Below are positions 58,261 to 64,000 of a stretch of DNA of 64,000 bases, one piece after another. The notes beneath the pieces were generated by a model. The model was not told where the DNA came from, did not search any database, and worked only from the letters and a program-made list of their open reading frames with translations. Made by a program: the position numbers and the translations under genes. Source of the DNA: a virus. Lineage: Duplodnaviria > Caudoviricetes. Each line of letters begins with the position of its first letter. The first letter of the stretch is position 1. The stretch spans positions 32,001 to 96,000 of the IMG/VR virus record IMGVR_UViG_3300034157_000065; one strand, written 5' to 3'.

Positions 58261-59346
58261 ATGTCTACGTTTAAAGCGACCGTTCTTCCAGTCATTGTTG
58301 AGCCACATCCTAACGCTGATGCGATTGAACTGGCTCGCGTCGGGGATTTCTTCTCGATCATCCAAAAAGGATACCTGAAAACAGGTGATTTGGCTGTTTA
58401 TATTCCAGAAGGTGCTCTTGTTCCTGATTTCATTCAAGAAGAAGTAGGTTGCCTTGGTAAATTGGCAGGTTCCAAGAAAAACCGTTTGAAGCCTTCCATG
58501 CTTCGTGGCATTCTCAGTCAAGGTCTTTGCTTCAAAGCCCGTGATGGCTGGGCTATTGGTGACGATAAAGCCGAAGAATTGGGTATCATCAAGTATGAAG
58601 CTCCTATTCCAGCTTCCATGAATGGTGAGATTTCTAACGTGGGTATTGAAAACACTTTCCACTTTGACATTGAAAACGTCAAGCGTTACCCTGATGTGTT
58701 GGTTGATGGTGAGCTTGTCTCCATGACTGAAAAACTTCATGGTACTTTCACTGTTGCTGGTAGCGTTTATGGCAAAGACCCTATTCCACATGTGGTTGAT
58801 GGTCGCTCATTCGTGAGTAGCAAAGGTTTCTTCAACAAAGGTTTGGTGCTTCGTGATAACGATCAAAATGCTCATAACATTTACATTCGTGTTGCTAAAA
58901 AGTTCAATCTTTACGAAATTACAGCTATCCTTGCAGATCGCTACAAAACTAATGCTTACATTTCAGGTGAGACATTCGGTGCTGTTCAAGATTTGACGTA
59001 TGGTTTGGACAATGGTGTGTTTGATTTCCGTGTGTTCAACGTCTTTCTTGGTTCCCGCACAGAAGCCAGTGGTGTGTTCCCTGTTAATGATGATGAACTT
59101 GAAGCCTTGTTGACTGAGTTCAACTTGAAGCGTGTTCCTGTGCTTTACAAGGGGCCATTCAGCAAAGAAGTCATGTTGCAATACACTGATGGCTTGGAAA
59201 CTTATTCGGGCAAGGAAACACACATTCGTGAGGGTGTTGTGATTGAACCACTTGTTCAACGTCGAGATTCTACTATTGGACGTGTTGTATTGAAAAGTGT
59301 TTCGACAGCTTACCTTTCTCGTAAAGGTGGAACAGAACTAAACTGA
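58261..59346 (+). CDS. ATP-dependent RNA ligase, DRB0094 (Rnl5) family
   Basis: N-terminal PHPNADAIELA.V...GDLAVYIPE domain; motif I TEKLHGT, GETFG, FRVF, EGVV, LKSVS..YL; GAGGA RBS before ATG 58261. Confidence 0.9.
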   Translation: MSTFKATVLPVIVEPHPNADAIELARVGDFFSIIQKGYLKTGDLAVYIPEGALVPDFIQEEVGCLGKLAGSKKNRLKPSMLRGILSQGLCFKARDGWAIGDDKAEELGIIKYEAPIPASMNGEISNVGIENTFHFDIENVKRYPDVLVDGELVSMTEKLHGTFTVAGSVYGKDPIPHVVDGRSFVSSKGFFNKGLVLRDNDQNAHNIYIRVAKKFNLYEITAILADRYKTNAYISGETFGAVQDLTYGLDNGVFDFRVFNVFLGSRTEASGVFPVNDDELEALLTEFNLKRVPVLYKGPFSKEVMLQYTDGLETYSGKETHIREGVVIEPLVQRRDSTIGRVVLKSVSTAYLSRKGGTELN

Positions 59347-59383
59347 TAGGAACCTTCGGGTTCCTCTTTCTTTGAGGTATATC

Positions 59384-59722
59384 ATGAGTAAACTAACGTG
59401 TACAGAAATTAAAGCGGCTGTTGGATTAGTCGCATTGAAACATAATTTGCAAGTGGATTGGAGTTCAGAAGACTCTTTTACATGGATTACCATGTGGCGT
59501 GATGGCGTTAAATTTAAAGCCGAAGAAGCTGCAGTTATCTCGCAAGAAATTGCAAATTCTACTCAGCACGACTTCTACTTGAGTAAAATCCTTGCTGATG
59601 GTTTTGAAGGTGCATTTGACGCTGACATGCGTAAATTATTGCCTGATGAAATACCACTTGTTTATTCCGACCGTGGCAAATCAAAAATTTGTGATTATGG
59701 CGAACGATTTGAATATCAATAA
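59384..59722 (+). CDS. hypothetical protein
   Basis: GAGGT RBS. Confidence 0.7.
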   Translation: MSKLTCTEIKAAVGLVALKHNLQVDWSSEDSFTWITMWRDGVKFKAEEAAVISQEIANSTQHDFYLSKILADGFEGAFDADMRKLLPDEIPLVYSDRGKSKICDYGERFEYQ

Positions 59723-59802
59723 CTTTAAAAGGAGCCGAAAGGTTCCTTTTTTCATTCTACTATGGTATAATGCCTTATCAAAAATCAAAGGTGTTATTAC
59801 TC

Positions 59803-60402
59803 ATGAACGAAAAAATTGTTAAACTTCTCAACTCCTTTTACAATATCGGTTTTGATGGGGTTGATTATTTCTCCGTATTCCCAACCGTTCCTAATGACCA
59901 AATTTCAGAATTCGCTATCTGTATTGCCCATGACTGCGATATTCATGTGATGCCTTGCATGAATCCAGATGTTACAACTCTTCGTGATGCCGATGGCAAC
60001 ATGAATGATATTTATCAAGACATGTTCTTTTCCTTTGAACAATATCCAACACTGACCGGTTTCTTGAAAATCGCCGCTCGGGGCATTGGTATGGACAACA
60101 TGTTGGGGCGTATTTCCAGTGGTGTTGATTTGAAAAATCCAATCGAACTCATCAATGCCATTGTTGAAGAACAAGATTACCCAGAAGTGCTGGATGGGTT
60201 TGTTTACTCTCGCCTACAAGATGATAATGATGGTGAAGACACTTCGACACTTGATATCAGCTTTGACAGTGTGGGTGCCTATGTAAAGGTTCGTTCGCTG
60301 GATAGTCTTCGGTATCGCACCAGTTATGGCGGCGGTAAAAGTGACCGTCTTCGTAATTCCTTGCTGTTAATTTGCTACATTATCCATCATAACCTTGTAT
60401 AA
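59803..60402 (+). CDS. hypothetical protein
   Basis: AAGGTG RBS; C-terminal LRYRT..GGG.S.R.RN.L motif. Confidence 0.75.
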   Translation: MNEKIVKLLNSFYNIGFDGVDYFSVFPTVPNDQISEFAICIAHDCDIHVMPCMNPDVTTLRDADGNMNDIYQDMFFSFEQYPTLTGFLKIAARGIGMDNMLGRISSGVDLKNPIELINAIVEEQDYPEVLDGFVYSRLQDDNDGEDTSTLDISFDSVGAYVKVRSLDSLRYRTSYGGGKSDRLRNSLLLICYIIHHNLV

Positions 60403-60452
60403 AACGCTCTAAACTGCTATAATAGACCATACTTTTTCATCGGAGATACATT

Positions 60453-60881
60453 ATGACTACTTTGCACAAAGGCTTCAACAAAATCATGGAAAGCGAATCC
60501 ATTTTGAGTGGCAATGTCTTCTCAACCGTTCAGCGTTCCATGTATGTTCGTGGTGTTCATAATGTGGAATGCAACGGTTATGACTTTAAAACAGGCGAAC
60601 TGCACCAACGTGACATGAATATCTTCACTGATTTCATGCAGCGTAATGTTTCGGCAGACTCGTTCATTCGTGATGACTTTTATAGCAAAGTGTCTGAATT
60701 GTCTTTTAAAGGTGATCTGTGTCTTTATATCTTTCACAGTTCTGCAAAATCGGCTGCCATTGCCATTGCGATTGCTGATAAGAGTGGTCTGCAGTATTTC
60801 TATGAACTCAAAGGCGATATTAAGAACCGCAGTATCGTTAATTATATCAAAAGCGAACTGAATACCAAAGGTTGGTATTAA
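60453..60881 (+). CDS. hypothetical protein (142 aa)
   Basis: GGAG RBS. Confidence 0.7.
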   Translation: MTTLHKGFNKIMESESILSGNVFSTVQRSMYVRGVHNVECNGYDFKTGELHQRDMNIFTDFMQRNVSADSFIRDDFYSKVSELSFKGDLCLYIFHSSAKSAAIAIAIADKSGLQYFYELKGDIKNRSIVNYIKSELNTKGWY

Positions 60882-60976
60882 TTAACCTTTCATCATACTC
60901 TTAGTTGTTAATTTTGACTTTCATTCAGATTATAGTATACTGAACCGAAGTTAAAAGAAAACAACTAGGAGTTTAT

Positions 60977-61477
60977 ATGTTAAAGAAAACCTTATTAGCG
61001 TGTCTTTTGATCAGTAGTTCCTTAGCTGTTCATGCAGCCGATTTTGCACCCTTCGGAATCAAAATTGGAGAACAAAGTTCGTTCTATCCAAAAAATCTCC
61101 AACCCACTGTCCTTGAACCTGTTAAAGTTCAGCCACCACAACCCGTTGAAGACTTCTTCAATGAATACAATGTCTATTTTAATGACGATCAACTTGTTCG
61201 CAAAGTAGAAGCTACTGGTGATTTAACCTCGGGCAAATACAGTTGTGTCGATATTGCCAATTCATTAAATGACACTTTTTTGAAGACCTATACCAATGCT
61301 CAACCTAGTGTTCAAAATGGTGCTATGTATGCGTATACCGTTGAAGAGGGGACTGATAGTTATTCCGCCTATATTGCTTGTGATGAAACATCAATTCATT
61401 ATGTCATGTTTAATCCTGTACTTGAAAAGATAAGAGATAACGTTGAAAGTCCAAAAAAAGTAGACGTTCAACTATAA
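60977..61477 (+). CDS. exported protein
   Basis: Signal peptide (VHA|A), PFGIKIG motif. Confidence 0.75.
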   Translation: MLKKTLLACLLISSSLAVHAADFAPFGIKIGEQSSFYPKNLQPTVLEPVKVQPPQPVEDFFNEYNVYFNDDQLVRKVEATGDLTSGKYSCVDIANSLNDTFLKTYTNAQPSVQNGAMYAYTVEEGTDSYSAYIACDETSIHYVMFNPVLEKIRDNVESPKKVDVQL

Positions 61478-61555
61478 TTCTTTAAATGTATAAAATCAGC
61501 CAGCACTTGTGTTGGCTTTTTTGTTTTTTCTGCTATAGTAAATCTTTTAAGGAGA

Positions 61556-61954
61556 ATGAAAATGGCCGGAATTCCAAAAGTATCAATTCGTTTCACCGAC
61601 ACTTACAAAGCAGCATTATCAGAAATAACGAGCACTATTGAAAATTTTAGAGCACTTGATGATTTATATGACATCTACATGGTTGAATCAACGATCAGAA
61701 CAGCCAGTATGGTAGAGGGTGACGATATATTTTCAGACGATTATGATTTTGGATTAGACGCAGAATCATTGTACATAAACATCTCTGATTTACCGACTTT
61801 GAAACCATGTAAATCACCTACACTCAGTATGTTGGAATATAGTTTTAAAGATTCGCCATTGAAGTTGTGGATACATATTACTGATGATGATCAAACTTTT
61901 GTTTTTGTACAAGTTCCTATGACTCATCTTATTGAGAATGCAAGGCACTACTAA
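61556..61954 (+). CDS. hypothetical protein
   Basis: AAGGAG RBS; weak N-terminal similarity to the next gene. Confidence 0.7.
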   Translation: MKMAGIPKVSIRFTDTYKAALSEITSTIENFRALDDLYDIYMVESTIRTASMVEGDDIFSDDYDFGLDAESLYINISDLPTLKPCKSPTLSMLEYSFKDSPLKLWIHITDDDQTFVFVQVPMTHLIENARHY

Positions 61955-62376
61955 TGACTGACATTGTTCCTTTGCTTCCACAGCTCACACATACACCAGA
62001 TATTGTTAAAGCCATTGACACCATCACTGGCTTGATTAAAAAAGTGAAAACAGCTCATGACCTTTTTTCAAAAAGAGATATTATAGAGCGAGCCACAGAG
62101 CTTGACTATCGTCTTCATTATGAGAAAAAGTTGCCTAATGATATGTTGTTCATTCCGATACCTTATCAGGTTCTTAATATATCCAGTGCTGAACTTGAGG
62201 TGATTAAACGTCACTTTGAAATCAGATCCGGTATTGTTTTCTCCATCAAGAATTTAAAAATCAAACACGAATATAATCATTGTATTGGTTTTAAACTTGA
62301 TGTCTTATATCCAGCACCTGTTGAAGTCGTACCTGTAAAAGAAGATGTTAAGCCACCTGTTAAAAAATCCAAATAA
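61954..62376 (+). CDS. hypothetical protein
   Basis: TAATG coupling. Confidence 0.7.
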   Translation: MTDIVPLLPQLTHTPDIVKAIDTITGLIKKVKTAHDLFSKRDIIERATELDYRLHYEKKLPNDMLFIPIPYQVLNISSAELEVIKRHFEIRSGIVFSIKNLKIKHEYNHCIGFKLDVLYPAPVEVVPVKEDVKPPVKKSK

Positions 62377-62400
62377 AAAACCCCGCTCTTTCGAGCAGGG
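62375..62400 (-). terminator. intrinsic terminator oriented for a minus-strand transcript
   Basis: Minus strand reads CCCTGCTC-GAAA-GAGCGGGG-TTTTTT. Confidence 0.8.
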
Positions 62401-62680
62401 CTTTGATAATAGGTAAGAGCGGCGATGAATTGCCGGATAAAGAACCCCTATTGATCCCGTGTTATAATGGCCCTTGGTGGCTACCATATCACTGGTTATT
62501 TTCACAACTCCCTCCCAGATCAACCACACCCAGTTAGAATGTCAGATTTTCTATTATCTACTGTTAACGAGGAAAAAATCTTCGAGACGAAAAAAACCTT
62601 TCAACAGTGAGTTTTTTTTTACAACAAAAAGTATACGGCATGAAACTACTCAATAAAAAAATCCGATATACCCTACCAAG
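62377..62680 (-). ncRNA. candidate ~300-nt structured non-coding RNA
   Basis: Bounded by a minus-strand promoter and terminator; several stems; no credible ORF. Confidence 0.55.
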
Positions 62681-62686
62681 ACCTTT

Positions 62687-62715
62687 ATCATATGACTTTT
62701 TGGTATAATTGTCAA
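62687..62715 (-). promoter_or_regulatory. sigma70-type promoter (minus strand)
   Basis: Minus strand reads TTGACA-N17-TATGAT. Confidence 0.75.
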
Positions 62716-62802
62716 TGGCATTATAATGTTTTAGCTTTTAATTTTACTTTTGTTTTTTTTGCGATTATGTTATAATTAGACATCCTTTTAGAGAGCGTAA
62801 TT

Positions 62803-63390
62803 ATGTTCGACATTAAGTATACGGAAATTCATGACAACCGCAAAATGGCTAATCTCATCAAGCGTCATAAGCTTTTTGAAAAAGAGCATCGCTCTAGCCG
62901 TTTTGAGAACAACGCTTTCTACATCTTGGAAGGGGATGAAGTTCGCCCTATGGGTGATGTTACCTTCATTAAAGTCAGTCATTTTTCGACTGTTGTTTGT
63001 CGTGTTGACAAAAAACCAGTTGGCTTGCTTGTTCTGGAACATTACATTGTTAATGACACCATTGATCCAAAGTTCACCTTGAACAATAAAAAACGTCGTT
63101 ATACGATGATTGGTCTGGTTGGCACATACGTTAAACCTGAATTTCGTAAGAAAGGTATTGGACATGCCATGATGAGTGTTTTGAATGAACAACTTCAAGA
63201 CCTCTATGTCAGCGATGATACGCATGTTCACATGTTAGCCGCTACTGGGAAAACGTTTGACCTTGTTCAAGCTGAAATGCCATCGTTCTGCCCTGTTGTG
63301 GCACCTTACAATTCTAACAAGTGGAAAGATACCGCAAAAAGCTGGTATACTTATAGTCGTCATCATGAAGGTATGGTGGAATTCGTTTGA
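62803..63390 (+). CDS. GNAT-family acetyltransferase
   Basis: Acetyl-CoA motif A: YVKPEFRKKGIG..MM. Confidence 0.8.
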   Translation: MFDIKYTEIHDNRKMANLIKRHKLFEKEHRSSRFENNAFYILEGDEVRPMGDVTFIKVSHFSTVVCRVDKKPVGLLVLEHYIVNDTIDPKFTLNNKKRRYTMIGLVGTYVKPEFRKKGIGHAMMSVLNEQLQDLYVSDDTHVHMLAATGKTFDLVQAEMPSFCPVVAPYNSNKWKDTAKSWYTYSRHHEGMVEFV

Positions 63391-63430
63391 TTGTGGTATA
63401 ATACTCTACACACATTTGAGGGTAATGACG

Positions 63431-63709
63431 ATGATGAGCAAAATTCTGTTTGGCCTTGGTGCTGCATGGACTTGGTTCTGGTATAACACCGTTACCCGCA
63501 TGTTTGTTGTTCTTATTCCGACTTACATGGTATTTGTAATACCCTTTTTCAAGTATGTTCTGGAAGTTCCAGACGCTGACATGGCAAACTCTCTTTCCGC
63601 CCTCTATTTCTTTATTTTCGTTATTGCTGTCTATGATAATGACTTCTCCAAACGTAAAAAATATGGTATTCCCGACCGTTTATTTTTCAAGAAAAAAAGT
63701 AAATCTTGA
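63431..63709 (+). CDS. membrane protein
   Basis: GAGGG RBS favours a start near 63431; TM helices. Confidence 0.65.
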   Translation: MMSKILFGLGAAWTWFWYNTVTRMFVVLIPTYMVFVIPFFKYVLEVPDADMANSLSALYFFIFVIAVYDNDFSKRKKYGIPDRLFFKKKSKS

Positions 63710-63763
63710 TCTAGTCAGCGGTTTTGTGTATAATACACGAACTTAATTGATTTGGAGACTGTC

Positions 63764-64000
63764 ATGTCCACTGCAAAAGCCTTAATTATGAGCGATCTTC
63801 ACCTTGAATACGGGAATAGAATTAATATTCCTGTGATTGATGGTGTGAAGTTTTTGATCTTGGCCGGGGATATTGGCAGTAACCAGTCTCACCTTGAATT
63901 TATCAAAGACTGTGCCAGTAAATACACGGTCATTTATATCTTGGGCAACCATGAATTTTATGGTTTCACCTTGAAAGAAGTCCGTGATTTTTGGAGTTCT
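63764..64000 (+). CDS. calcineurin-like metallophosphoesterase, 3'-truncated (not in ORF track)
   Basis: GGAG RBS; MSTAKALIMSDLHLE...LAGDIG...ILGNHEFY. Confidence 0.9.
   Translation, partial: MSTAKALIMSDLHLEYGNRINIPVIDGVKFLILAGDIGSNQSHLEFIKDCASKYTVIYILGNHEFYGFTLKEVRDFWSS

Noticed and set aside
26970-58791. Longer antisense or overlapping ORFs in the track (e.g. 26970..27572, 39334..39996, 58063..58791, 52635..53072)
   Set aside because: They shadow well-supported genes on the opposite strand, lack RBS/promoters and have atypical composition.
62305-62656. ORFs 62305..62529(-) and 62474..62656(+)
   Set aside because: No RBS, GTG/TTG starts, and one runs through a terminator into the upstream gene; a structured RNA explains the region better.
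1-64000. Genome-wide TAG reassignment (code 15/16) suggested by the CUA tRNA
   Set aside because: Long genes are intact in code 11 at high coding density, and TAG falls exactly where the conserved C-terminal tag ends (3251, 58179), so TAG is a stop here.
1-64000. CRISPR array, integron attC array, IS elements, rRNA
   Set aside because: No regularly spaced direct repeats and no cas, integrase, transposase or rRNA-like sequence seen.

Overview
AT-rich, gene-dense accessory region of a large extrachromosomal element, most likely a jumbo phage (a giant plasmid or phage-plasmid cannot be excluded). Sigma70-type promoters and Shine-Dalgarno sites point to a bacterial, plausibly gammaproteobacterial, host. 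The window has no capsid, terminase, replicase or host housekeeping genes. It holds about 100 mostly hypothetical CDS in short cassettes, many with their own TTGAnn-N17-TATAAT promoter and intrinsic terminator. Recognisable products: DRB0094-type RNA ligase, signal peptidase I, CDA-fold deaminase, SAM methyltransferase, GNAT acetyltransferase, KTSC protein, metallophosphoesterase (truncated by the window end), two HExxH metallopeptidase-like proteins, two ~790-aa exported Ig-like repeat proteins and tRNA-Arg(CCG). Most notable: (1) about 18 proteins from at least five otherwise dissimilar families end in the same C-terminal tag, [DE]-M-[IV]-x-I-stop, a candidate docking or targeting system; (2) a stand-alone 69-nt amber-anticodon (CUA) tRNA with a shrunken D-arm and a G3:U70/A73 alanine signature, although TAG is still a stop here; (3) two promoter-driven structured non-coding RNA candidates; (4) paralogous ~40-aa peptides missed by the ORF track; (5) a large exported-protein set with its own signal peptidase; (6) a minimal PolB-like palm protein. 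All assignments come from motif reading by eye; no searches were run.
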